NCBI GenBank assembly: GCA_976226885.1
Contig: OZ320319.1
Span: forward strand, 62,496,001-62,560,000
Origin: Iphione sp. A-MEVVRFRX5
Taxonomy: Eukaryota
Length of the DNA stretch: 64,000 nt
Direction of reading: 5' to 3'
Each line of letters begins with the position of its first letter. The stretch's first letter is position 1. The translations under genes were made by a program, and so were the position numbers. Shown piece by piece: positions 1 through 11,818 of the stretch. The notes below the pieces were generated by a model. It had not been told where the DNA came from. It did no database searches and worked only from the letters and a program-made list of their open reading frames with translations.

Positions 1-66
1 TCGTGTACGTTCGTGGCCTGTATTAATTACTATTGATATGCACCTTTGAATTTGTGGTCCCTTCAG

Positions 67-1805
67 CTTTGAGAGAGGACCCGGAGCAGTTGCGCAGGGC
101 GAAAAAAGCTGAATACATGCGGAATTACCGCGTTCAGCGCAAATTAAATGAACCTGACTACAACTGTAAGGAAGCAGCCCGCATGAGAGAGTGTCGGCGA
201 CGTCAGCGGCTTGAGCGTGCAGCCCGGTGCACATGTAAATGTCGCTGTCTAGTCTGTCAAAAGGTGCGGCCTATAGTGATTTACACACGGAGTGGCCTGT
301 GTACTTCCTCATGTCACGCAAGACAGGGTGCGACTACGTCTGTGCAGACCAGTGGGTCATCAATGGATGTTGCAAGAAGTAAACAGCAGCCGAAGACCGA
401 GACTCTCAGTTCCTGTGGTGGTGTGCCTTGTATGCCCAGTAACCGCAGCCATCTGCCTGATATGTCCGAAGAAGATGCTGCCCTTCCTAATACTAGTGTT
501 GAGAAGATGGACATACACGAGTCAGACAGAAGTACCCTTCCTCGACATGATAATTGTGGGCCCGTTGTCAGCACTGACATTGTTGATGACATGGTGATAG
601 AGGAGCATGGATCGATTGTTGTTGATGGTGATGTTAGTGGCTGTCCACTGCTCGCGGATGGTGATGGAAGGCAAGACAGCATTGACTTGCAAGCAGGCGA
701 TGGCAGTTCATGTCTTCCTGGGCCTGTTGGCTCTGGGACCCCTGGCCAGTATGTCAGTGATGCACACATTTTGCATGGTGGTAGTGACAGTGTGCACCAG
801 GAGGACATAGATCAACAGAGAGAGGAGAGTGGAACAGACAACACAATATTAATAGATGACGTTGAAGTCTCTGCCTTAGGAAATGATTTCAATCGGGTTA
901 ATGTCTGTGATGACATGGAAGTACCTGAGGAGGAACACCATCCTTCAGATGACACACAGCCCAAGGAGGACTGTGGCACAGAGGTTGGGGGAGTAGAAGA
1001 CCACCAGACAAGTACTGATAACGCAGATAGTGTTTTGGGGTCGCCAATGTACAATATGTACGTACTGGCAAATGATGCAATGCAGCGTGCATACAGGGAT
1101 CTGATACCAATACATGAACTTTCACCTCCCCCAAAGAAACGACGACGAGGGCACAACCATGGAGATGTTCCCGGTAGTGTTGATGGCCATATCACGATTC
1201 GAGTTGACTTTGGGTTAGCCAGTCCTATCTTCCCTGATGGTAGTCCACGCAGCTTCACGTACATGGATGCAGACGATGAGGCATCTTCTATGGGTGGCTG
1301 TTCCCCATACATGCTGGAGGCATCTCTTGAAGATGATGGAACAAGTGCAACCTATCTACTTCCATGTACTTCAGGAAGGGATGTGCCCGAACTACAGTTT
1401 GAGGACTTCAGGGTCACTGTGCTAGCTAGGCCTGTAGTCAAAGGATTTGTTGATGATATCTTACATGAATGGGAGGATTGCTATAATTCCTTTGTCTTAC
1501 GTCTTGGACCCATGGTAATGCTCTCAAGTTGGCACGCCGCACAAGTGAAGGCTAATACCTGCAACCTTAGCCAGGGACATCTCTACAGTGTGGCTCGATA
1601 CCGTCTCGAACAAGCTAGGGGCCGCCCAGTACCTATTGAGGAGGAGTTCTATATGACTGGGCCCAGAGTGTTCTTTTTGTGTCTAGACAAAGTTGGAAAT
1701 CGGTGGAAAAGGATTAGCTTGCTACCAATGGGAGTCAGGCTGGGATTTATGCGTGATGTTATTTCAGTACACCAAACTGACACTGCACCTGTACTACCTT
1801 GTTAG
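67..1805 (+). CDS. Long open exon of unknown function (579 aa): basic helix + Cys cluster, acidic low-complexity middle, about 150-aa globular-looking C-terminus
   Basis: ORF track 33..1805 starts at TTG; a pyrimidine-rich acceptor (gtcccttcag, 57-66) suggests the exon really begins at 67 in phase 1. N-terminal RRAKKAEYMRNYRVQRK...CTCKCRCLVC. No recognisable family motif. Confidence 0.6.
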
Positions 1806-2101
1806 TCCTCAGGCCACCTACTACTTTCCCACACTGTTTGATACCCATCAAATCCCGAAGACATGTAATCAGAGACTGTATTTTGAGATTTCCCAGGGGC
1901 CACCATTCACATAAACTACATGATGCTGTTCTATGGTCTGCAATTGAATGTAACTGTGGTATATTTCCCTATGAATGACACTTTGACCACACCGAGACTG
2001 TTATTTGGGCCAAAGATTTGGCACAATTCTTTGACATGTTGGCTAAAACCCAAAGATCGGCGTGACTCTACACAAACGCCACATTGTACTGTCTACTCCA
2101 G

Positions 2102-4109
2102 TGCGGGATGTAACAAACCAAGAGCTTCAAACAGGAGCGGGTCCTGTTACAACCAAAGTGAAAGCTGAGGTGCAGCTGATGAGGGACATGAGACCAGGGT
2201 GCAGCGAGGGATTTCCTGGCGCCGGCTCCAGCTTTGGTGGTGAGTAGTAAATCTGTACCATGCACAATGATACTATGTGCTTTCTAGAGGGAAACAATAT
2301 TTATGTGTATATGTTTTAATTTGTTTTAGTATTTATTTCTCATTGACTATGCTCATGTCATTCTGTTACTACAAAGTAGCCCCAAGAAAGGTTGGTGACC
2401 TTAGAAAAATGCACTGGTATGTAACGGGGTTCACTGCTTATGCTTGTACACTAATGTAGTCCATACTGAAGATGTTGTAAATGAACATTGATTGGAACTT
2501 CTTTCCAGATGTGCCCAGACCACCATACTTGAAGGAGTCAGCATGCCGTGCAGAGAAGCCTCGACAGCAGAGGACCACAGCATCCCAGAAAAACACCCAA
2601 CTGAAGAGACGTGCCCCAACAGCAACCATCACAAGACCCGAAGAAGATGTGGAGTCATCTGACTCACTGCCACCCACCCCTCCTGTTGATCTGCCTAGCA
2701 CACAGGAACTCGGTAAGTACAGCCCAGTGGGAATGTATCTTAGCTTTTGGACAGGATTGACTCCAAGTGAATACATGTACTCTGAGACATTTATGAAAGT
2801 ATTTCTTGATAGGTATTTGGTCCTCACCTGCTCTTAAGGTAGCTTAGTGTAAAACTAGCCTGATTGCAAAGCATCTTCTGTATTTTGCCAATGTCGGAAA
2901 TGTCAAGTGACAGCCATACTAGGGGGGGGGGTCACCTAAGAGACAGATATATAATTTCCGTGGCTGACTGACAGAGCTTTGTTTATTTTTTATTTTACAG
3001 TAGCCAACCTGGATGAATCCGAGTCAGATGATGAAGATCCCGAGGTACTTGTGACACAGGCCACCAGCACTCAACGTGGTAGGCGTGGCAGAAAGGGTAA
3101 ATAGACATTACATTTAATATAGTGGTGGAACCAGCAGGGCACAGCAACCAGTAATAAAGCAGTACTTCTAGGTTATCGTCAAACCTCCAACAGCAATGGA
3201 AGGGTACATGCTGAGTCTCTAATTGTAAACTGTAGTGTCAGGCTCAGTACAGGGTCCTGCATATCCATGCCATAGGTAAGAATAACAATTTAGTTTGGGC
3301 CAGGAACCATGAAGCAAACTGCATTTAGGAAAGCGCCAATGTCATGGCACTATTTTCATGTCCTTATCTCAATATCTGTTTGCTTTGTTTCTTATGATTT
3401 AGCCCCCACTCAGAGTATTTACAAGAATAGGGATGCCCTGCTCAAGTTGGAGGTTGGCAATGCAAAAGCCCAACACAAGTGTTTGAAGGATGAGGCCGAA
3501 ATGAGGAAGGTGAAGGTGAAGATCCTGAATGAGAAACTTGCTGCGGTAAAAGAGGAAAAGGAACTATGGAAGGAACAACGCCAGTTGGTGCAGAAACAGG
3601 TACATACATACATAACCACACATATACAGATACAAGCATGACAGCGAGCAGGCATACTGGGTAGACAATCCAAGAATGTATGTGTCAAGATCAGTAATTA
3701 CTTAAACATGATGTCTACTCATACATGCTGTCCAGACACATGTTAATAATGGTTCATGTCTGCTTGATTAGGTTAAACAGAGAGGTAATCAGAAGCAAGT
3801 GATGGGCCTATATGCATTCGGTCAATTATGCATGTGCCCCTCTGACATAGGTCCATGTCACGAACATCCACGAACTGCCTTGTATATCCAAACATGCATG
3901 TAAAGTGGGTAGCTGATATTTTTAACATTTTCCCTTTACAGATGGACCTGGCGGATAAACAAAAAGCCATGTTGGACCTCTCAGCACGCACAGTCGAACT
4001 TGAGTGTACAGCAGCGCAGGCAAGAGCGATGGATGGACAACCAAGCAACCCAGAGGAACCCTTCCACATTTACAAGGAATTTTCTAAGTACACACAAAGC
4101 CCCTTCTAG
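2102..4109 (+). CDS. Harbinger Myb/SANT-like (MSANTD-type) partner protein, 3' exons
   Basis: Five GT-AG exons with consistent phases: 2102-2239, 2509-2712, 3001-3096, 3403-3599, 3942-4109 (TAG). QELQTGAGP...SEGFPG resembles the TGGGP...EGIPG segment that follows Myb_DNA-bind_5 domains; acidic linker then a coiled coil (AEMRKVKVKILNEKLAAVKEEKELWKEQ). The Myb domain itself is not in the window, so the identity is inferred. Confidence 0.7.
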
Positions 4110-4733
4110 ACATGGGCTCGATTTGGAGTTCGTTACGCAATGTAGTAGTAGACAGTACAATTAGGGTTTGTTGTAGTCAGTTCGTTTTCTCCTTTTTGAC
4201 AGTTCAGTCTTACAGAGAATTGTACTTATGAAGATACCCGCTTTATAGACTATTTGATATAAAAAAGGAGAACATTGTAAGAGGATAAGTCATTCAAGCA
4301 TTTATTTTGGTTTTTCGTTGATATACATGCACCGATAATTTCAAGTGCCTCACTCAGGAACTGTACTAGGCAGGCTAGTGCCTCTATCATTTTTCTTTCA
4401 GGTACTCCAAGGCAGAACATCAACGGGTGTCCCAACTCGAGTGGGGTTTTCCATAGAAGGTTGGGTGTTGGCCTCTCATGCTAAAGGGATGCAGTTCAAT
4501 TCAGGACTGATAGTAACTATGGACAAGAACACTGGGTTGGTCAGGAAGTTAAAATGAGCTTCTAGCTTTTTTTAAACTCCTTACCAACCCAGTATGCTTT
4601 TCTATAGCTTCTACCAATCAAGAATTCAACTATATCCCATTAACACAGTAGAGGCCAACACCCAACCCCACTCGCAGGAGGGACACTTGTCGATCTTCGG
4701 CCCGGAGTACCTGAACAAACAAACATGTGCACT

Positions 4734-6921
4734 TCAGCGCCGGCCAAAGTAGGTCTGGGCATACAGATCACGATATTGTGACCCAGGTTGTTCAATGACC
4801 TCCAGTGCCGCCTCTTCAAGCTCCTCGGGAGGGGGGACATAGGGTGGCACTGTCTCAATCAACTCGTCACGATGGTCCAGTGCAAAGTTGTGAAGTATTG
4901 CTGCACAGGAGATGATGCACGAACTCCTCTCGGGCGAGGTTCGCAGCCGCTTTCCCAGTGCACCAAACCGACTTTTGATTACACCAAAGGTGTGCTCAAT
5001 TATGGTGCGTGTGGTCGTATGCGCATTTTGGTAGGCATTCTGAGCAGCACCTACAGCATTTCGGTAGGGGGTCAGTGTCCGTCCTGTGCAGGCATACCCT
5101 GAATCACCTAGAATGTGGCCAGGACCTTGCACTGCAATGGAACACAACAGTTTGTATATACTGCATCGGTTCAAGAATGTTTTCAACTGTTCACATTATT
5201 ATCAACAACATGTATAATGAGCCATGTTCGATATCAGCCGAGCAAGAACATTCCAGTCTCTCTACAGTATTTTTAAGATGTGTCGAAGCATTATGCACAG
5301 CAGATAGACATTTTACTACCTGTAATACATATAGATGTACTCATTTTGGCACCCAGATAATTTATTCTGTACTTCGAATTTGGGTAATTTTGGAGGTGAA
5401 ATCATAGACTGTATCGTACTAGTAAATTATGGTAGAACTTTAATAACATAACATTTAGTCGGGTACTAACAGTTAGGTAGGTAACGCGTGCAGACAACAC
5501 TGTTTTTGTAGATGCGAGAATCATGTGTGGAGCCAGGCCATCCCGCTACAATATTTCGCACACGTTGTTCATGGTCGCACACCATCTACAGTCATATGAA
5601 AGGGAAAGTAACAAGTGTATTCTAGGGTACAAGGCCACAGTGCCTATTCTAGTGATTTGCAAGTAGATTTGTCCTAGCTGGACAGACTTTTAAGGAAAAA
5701 GTTACAGTTTTTACTGCCCAAATTGATGTTTTTCTATTGAAGACTTGCTGTTTGGACATGATGATGGCAATAAAAATATTTCTAACTACACCCTACATTG
5801 TCTTCACATTGTTTTGTCTTTGTCAGCATACACTTTAGTAACGACGAGTATTTCCTTTTCCACTCAATTTTAATGGTACAATAACTCATGTACCCTACTG
5901 TAATTAAGGGTTCTTGATTTATGCATTTAGTAACAGTTCATACCTGTACATTGATTGAATACTGGTGATGCCGGTTCACGAACTGTGCCGGGATCATGCG
6001 AGGACGCATGATCCTCACGTGGGTACCATCCACAGCCCCAATGATGTGTGGCATACCAGCGATGGCCTGAAATCCTGCCATGATACGCGGCCGTTCTTCA
6101 GCTGTTGGCAGGCAAATACTCTCCTCGAACATCAAACTGTACACCACATATGCCACTTTGTGCACAGTCCTGCATACAGATGCCTTGCTAACACGAAATA
6201 TGTCAGCTATTGTCAGCTGCTCAGTACCTAGAAAAGGAAAAGGACATAATATACATGGAATCCTAACTTCGGCCATGAAACTCTTACACAATTTTCATGG
6301 ACTCTATAGCTGTTACCATAGGGCAAGGCACACCAACGAACTCAGTTACCACTTACACTCACACAGACATATACATCCCCATTTCACTAGACAACACATG
6401 AATGACCACGAACACAGCCCGTCAATTTTTTCTTTAGACACGAATGAGCACGAACAGAGCCCGTCAATTTTTTCTTTATACACGAATGTGCACGAACACA
6501 GCCTTTCAACAAATTTGGGGGCATGAATGAACACGAACACCTTTAAAAAAAAAAATAAAAAAAAATTCATACTTGTAGCGGTTGTAGTCTACACATGGGA
6601 ATACATTTTACACATGGGAATACATTTTACAGGACATTAACTAAAGGTCTTACCTGTGGCGAGATAGCGTACAAAGATGAGAACTTGAATGAGAGGGGGA
6701 AATGGACTCCCTCTCCGACGGTCCTGTGTCAAGGGCTGACAAACGATCCTTGCAAGTATATATAACGTGTCAGGATAAAAACGATACCGTTCTCTCACTT
6801 CATCTTCACTCAAAATTTCAAGTGGATTATGCGGATCCGTCAAACGTCGTGGGTACCAGTCATAATAAACAAAGCGACGCATTATTCGTCTTGCACGGTA
6901 ACGAACAGCAGCCATTTTCAT
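4734..6921 (-). CDS. Harbinger/IS5-family (HARBI1-like, DDE_Tnp_4) transposase, 354 aa, apparently intact
   Basis: Exons 6921-6654, 6227-5944, 5585-5471, 5131-4734 total 1065 nt with no stop or frameshift. Motifs YLATG..Q..IAD, AVDGTH (D), WPGSTHDSRI, LGDSGY (D), IEHTFGVIKSRF (E). Confidence 0.95.
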
Positions 6922-6990
6922 TCGAGGTCATTCGTGCCAGACAGTTTCAAAACAAACTAATCCTACTCAAATAGTAAGATTATATTTTCA

Positions 6991-7118
6991 GGGGTTAAAC
7001 GTCATGCTGAAACAACGCACTGGTATCAAGTCATGAGTAGGGGGTTAAATTTTAATACAAACTACATTTGAACATTCTGAAACATCCATTTCGGGGTTAA
7101 CTCAATTTCCGGGGTTAA
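6991..7118 (+). promoter_or_regulatory. Four subterminal GGGGTTAA repeats
   Basis: Exact copies at 6991, 7041, 7093 and 7111, between the transposase ATG and the candidate TIR; role as binding sites is inferred. Confidence 0.5.
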
Positions 7119-7163
7119 AGGTGCTAATCCCATTATTTTTGCGCATTCTGAAACCACCCCCAG

Positions 7164-8520
7164 GTTTGTTTTCCACCTCAGGAAATCTAGCACAGATATG
7201 GAGACATGGACACATGGAAACAATCACCATAGGATAGTTTATTTCTGGACCTACACATTTCCAGATACATGGAAAGCCAGTCATAGTAACCGAGAAGTTA
7301 AGAAGCCCGAGTTTCTGATTCAAGGCAAAGCCTCAGGTAACAAATTTCAGGAATGGACATAAAAAAAATCAGAATGTGAGATCATCAAACAAGTAAGAAT
7401 GTGTCCTTCAAAGAAGAAGTTGACACTCTGAATTCCCTGAAGGCTAAGACAAACATGCCTGAAGGAAAGGAAAAGAGTAAGACACTGAATGAGATGAGCT
7501 CAATTTATCACCTTGACCCCTTTATTGATGAAGAAGGTGTTACATAAATTGGTGGCAGAACAAGAAGGGCTGAGTGTTCCACAGACATCCTAGTTTTCTG
7601 CCAAAGAAGCATCATATCACTGAACTAGTGGTTTGTGATTGTCACTAGCAAACCCATCATCCGGGGCATGGTATGCTGACTAATGAGATATGCACTAATG
7701 GTTTCTGGATGCCTGGATACAGCTCTGCAGTGTCAAGCTGTACATCCAGATGCATTAATTGCAGGAAGCTACATGGTAAGGCTCAAGACCAGAAAATGGC
7801 AGACTTGCCTGGGAATTGACTGAAGCCAGCACCACCATACACATACTGTGCAATCAATTTCTTTGGACCTTGGTACATATACATAAAAGGAGGTTGCAAA
7901 GAGATGACATTGGATGGTGTGTGATTTTCACTTGTATGGCTTCACAAGCATTTCATATAGAGACTCTCTTGAGACTGACTCATTTATCAATGCCTTGCAG
8001 AGATTTATCCTCATAGCCCTATAAGGCAACTGGGATCTGATCAGGACACAAACTTTGTTAGAACAAAGAGAAAGGTATTAAAAGAAGCAAAGCGAGAAAG
8101 GGTGCCAGTCAGAATGGCTGGTGTAACTTATGGCCAGGTTTATATGGCCAGGGTGATCAGTCAATATGGCCTGTAGTGATTAGGGTTAGGGTTAGTATTA
8201 GGGTTAGGGATAGGGTTAGGGTTAGGGTTAGGTTTAGCAATATTTTCAGAAAAATACCAGCCATAAATTACTATGGATGGTCATCAAGGTCATCGGCCAT
8301 TAAGACGACCGGCCATTGCGACCGACATTCGCAAGAAATGAAGCATGATGAAATGCAAAGAGTCCTTTTTGGCAGGAGAATTTGACTTTGAATCTAAGAT
8401 GAATGTAGCTTCTGTGAGTCACAGAGGTGGTATTTGGAGAGACAAATAAGAATTATGCAGAGATTTGTAGGGTCACTGATGGATCAAGGGGGATCTCAAT
8501 TTGATGATGAATCACTGAGA
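7164..8520 (+). pseudogene. BEL/Pao retrotransposon pol remnant (post-RNase H region and integrase)
   Basis: Broken frames read HLDPFIDEEG..GGR, CINCRKLHGKAQDQKMADLP, FFGP, FTCMASQAFHIE, TDSFINALQRF, SDQDTNFV and, after an insertion, HRGGIW...DDESLRT. Confidence 0.85.
8111..8331 (+). mobile_element. Short non-autonomous element with imperfect terminal inverted repeats and internal (TTAGGG)n
   Basis: Interrupts the BEL integrase remnant; telomere-like tract at 8180-8237; ends GAATGGCTGGTGTAA / TTGCGACCGACATTCG; homologous copy at 32009-32198. Confidence 0.7.
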
Positions 8521-9193
8521 ACCTCCTCCATTGCTTTTATTGCCCAGCAGTGAACCGCAGTAAGTATTACAAACCCCAATACTACCTGATGCGACTTTAA
8601 CCGTCAAGAGTAAAGTCCCATCCCTTCTCCTGTAAGGCAGGAACAACCCACAAATTTCTGCAGACACACTAAGGTGTTGCACTGGATAAACCATATACAT
8701 ACTTCACCTGGGGCATATAAACCCCACCGTCTGGGTCTGGCAATGTCCAGAATAAAGGATATATGGACACAAACTCTTCTATTGAGTGTGATGTAGCAGT
8801 TGTCTTTCATTGTATTTATGGGAAAGGAGCACCCCATGTGTTCACACCAGTGTCATACATTGAAATGGCATATTAAACATTGTAACGTGAGCCTGGTCCA
8901 AAGAGCGATGTCCATAGAGAAATAATGTCCACATAAAAATATCTGGTTCACACCAAGTGCAAAACTCTGCTGGGTGTCTCTCAAAGTGCAGTGAGAGAGT
9001 GTCTGTTTATTCAGTGAAAGCCATAGCCCTTATATACAGGGTAGGTTACATAACAGGTCCATTTACAGCAATTATTGCATAAGGAATTATGATTCATTTC
9101 TCCAGTACTCTGGTACAGCACCATTTTAATGGAGCAGTGCAAAAACCTTCTTTGGCACATGCCATAGCATTTGTCATAATGTTATTACTAATA

Positions 9194-9790
9194 CAGAGGG
9201 TATTCCAAGTCCGAACACTTGAAATCCGAATTGCCCCAAATCCGAACGATATTTCTGGGAACCAAACGTTTTCCTCTATATAGACACTCATATAACCGAA
9301 TGTTTCTATCCAAAATCCGAATGATTTTTGGATGAATCCCTTTGTCCCTCACATGCTGGAGAGGGTGGGGGGAAAGGTAGGGGGTGTCAACCGCGACCTC
9401 TCTGATGTCCCTCACATGCTGGAGAGGGTGGCGGGAGAGGTAGGGGGTGTCAACCGCGACCTCTCTGATGTCCCTCACACCCTGGAGAGGGTGGCGGGAG
9501 AGGTAGGGGGTGTCAACAGCGACCTCTCTGAAGTTCCTCACACCCTGGAGGAGCTGTATCTCACACCTCTGTTAAACACTTTTAGTCATCAAATTCAGCA
9601 CTTTTTAGCCTTTTAGTCATCAAATTCAGCACTTTTTGGACTTAAAGTCATCAAATTCAGCACTTTTTGGACATTTCAGAGAGTATGCATATTTAAGTAG
9701 AGAGAGAGGGAGAAAATCGAAATCCGAATTATCCCAAAACCGAACGATTTTGGTGGAAACGGCAATCATTCGGATTTGGAGTATCCTCTG
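9194..9790. mobile_element. Tc1/mariner-pogo-type MITE with tandem-repeat cargo
   Basis: TA TSD at 9192-93 and 9791-92; TIR CAGAGGGTATTCCAAGTCCGAA vs CAGAGGATACTCCAAATCCGAA; internal 63-bp unit x3.3 (from 9344) and 31-bp unit x3 (about 9577-9672). Confidence 0.85.
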
Positions 9791-11468
9791 TACATGTTTC
9801 CCTCAATATCCCCTACAGAGGACATGCTGTTACATGAATTTCAGTTATATTCAGCACATCTCATATACTACTAAGTGATTTTGTGAAAGAACCAAGGGTG
9901 TCCGTAATTGGGACGTCAGACTGCAGTGGAACCTCTCTACTACGGACAGCAATGGGACTGACCCAAAGGTATCCATAAAGAAGGTTGTACTTAATAGCAG
10001 GAGTATTCAAACATGCTTATAAAATAGACTTAGTTCTGTATCTAGGCTGTACATAATAGGAGTCCTTTATAGAGTGTGTCCTTAGTAGTTGACGAAGATG
10101 AAGAAAACTCTTCATGGCCCTGGGGGAACCAAGCTGCAAGTTCTTGGGGCTGTCAATGCTCTACTTGAAGTCAGGAATAGGCTACACCAGGAGACCAGTT
10201 TATGTGGTTAAGAACCAAAAGTCATCACTGTTAAGCAAAAGGGCCTGCGAAGCACTCACTCTCTTGGAGCTATCTAGGGAGGTTTTCCAGGTGAAGCAAG
10301 GCACTTTGGATTTCCACGAAGAATTTCCAGGCCTCTTCAGTGGATTGGGAAAGCTGAAAGATGACTACGGCATAACCCTACGATGCAAGACGGAGCCACT
10401 TTGCCTCTACACCGCGAGGAAAGTGTCTCACCCACTTCTTCCTCAGGTGAAGGAAGAACTGAAAAACACAGTCAAACTAGGCATTATCTCACCACTAACT
10501 GAGCTGACACAGTGGTGCTCTGGTATGGTTGTGGTACGAAAGCCAAATGGACGGGTACAAATCTGGGTTGATCTTACCGCACTCAACAAAGACATCGCCA
10601 GAGAGGTCCACCCAATGAAATCAGTCGATGACAACCTTGCTAAGCTCCAGGGGAGTAATATCTATACTAAACTGGATGCAAACTCGGGGTTTTAACAGAT
10701 TCCCCTTGATCAGGAATCCCGCCTACTCACCACCTTCATCATGCCAATGGGAAGGTTTTGTTTTTATCGACTACCATTCGGCATCAGTTCTGCACCCAAG
10801 ATCTTCCAGCAGATGATGTCCAACACCCTACAAGGACTGGAAGATGATGGTGTAATATATCATATGGATGACATCCTAATACACGAACGTGATGAGGAGC
10901 AACACGACCGGAGAGTGCGACTCATTCTTAGGCGACTAAGGAATGCTGGGATCACACTTAATGAGAAGTGTGAGATCTCCAGGAGACAGATCAAGTTTCT
11001 TTGACATATCGTCAATCCCAAAGGTATCCAGGCCGATCCTGAGAAGACTAAAGCCATACGAGAATATCTGGCCCCCAAGAATATCACTGAACTACAGCGG
11101 TTCTTGGGTATGGTGAACCAAGTCGCTAAGTTTGTCAGAGGCCTGGCAGCGATGACAGAACCTCTGAGAAGGTTACTCCGAAAGGACACAGCATGAACAT
11201 GGGACTGTGCACAGCATGAAGCATTCAGCAAAGTGAAGGATCAGCTGGCATCCTCCGAGACCCTAGCCCACTACAACCCAAACAGGCTGACCTTCATAGC
11301 AGCGGATGCATGCACAAGTGGCCTAGGAGCTATGCTGATACAACTACAAGAAGATGGATCCAAGAGACCCATCTGCTATGCCTCATGCTCCCTAACGGAG
11401 ACTGAGGAACACTATGCCGTTATAGAGAAGGAAACACTAGCTGCAGTATGGGCCTGTGAGAAGTTTAA

Positions 11469-11818
11469 CCCTATAAAGATGGATAATACCTTCAGGCATT
11501 CCCAGGCTAGGACAGATAATGCCTTCAGGCATTCCCAGGCTAGGACGGATAATGCCTTACGGCATTATCTATAATAACAAGTTAACCATCATATTCACCA
11601 ACAAAAGTCACAGTATAACATTAAAAATTGTCTATAGGACTAAATTCCAAGCTTAGTTTGTAAAAACATGCAATGAATTATAATTTTCCTTGGCATATTG
11701 ATGAAATGGTTAACTAGTATTCATATTTTAATATATCATCCTGCCTCCTGGAGACATTATTCTGTTATACCCCCGTCATGAGGAGAAGTCGTCACCCAAA
11801 CCTGCCGACCTGAATGGG
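11469..11818. mobile_element. 350-bp piggyBac-like non-autonomous insertion
   Basis: TTAA at 11465-68 and 11819-22, CCC...GGG termini; removing it restores WACEKF-KDYVTGLKFELQTDHKP of the Gypsy RNase H. Confidence 0.85.

Larger units (their letters stand above)
1..7160. mobile_element. PIF/Harbinger DNA transposon, left end outside window
   Basis: Convergent Harbinger transposase and Myb/SANT-type genes. Candidate right TIR ...GCGCATTCTGAAACCACCCC ends at 7160, followed by CAG (CWG-type 3-bp TSD), after which BEL-like coding sequence starts at once. Partner TIR not visible. Confidence 0.8.

Noticed and set aside
292-1425. Short ORFs overlapping or antisense to the 590-aa ORF
   Set aside because: Shadow frames of a long coding-like sequence with no independent motifs.
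8180-8237. True telomere or chromosome-fusion scar
   Set aside because: Short, degenerate and embedded in a dispersed element that has a second copy in the window.
9188-9616. ORF-track peptides with repeated units (9188..9541 -, 9332..9616 +; also 21577..21876)
   Set aside because: By-products of tandem units whose length is a multiple of 3 inside MITEs.
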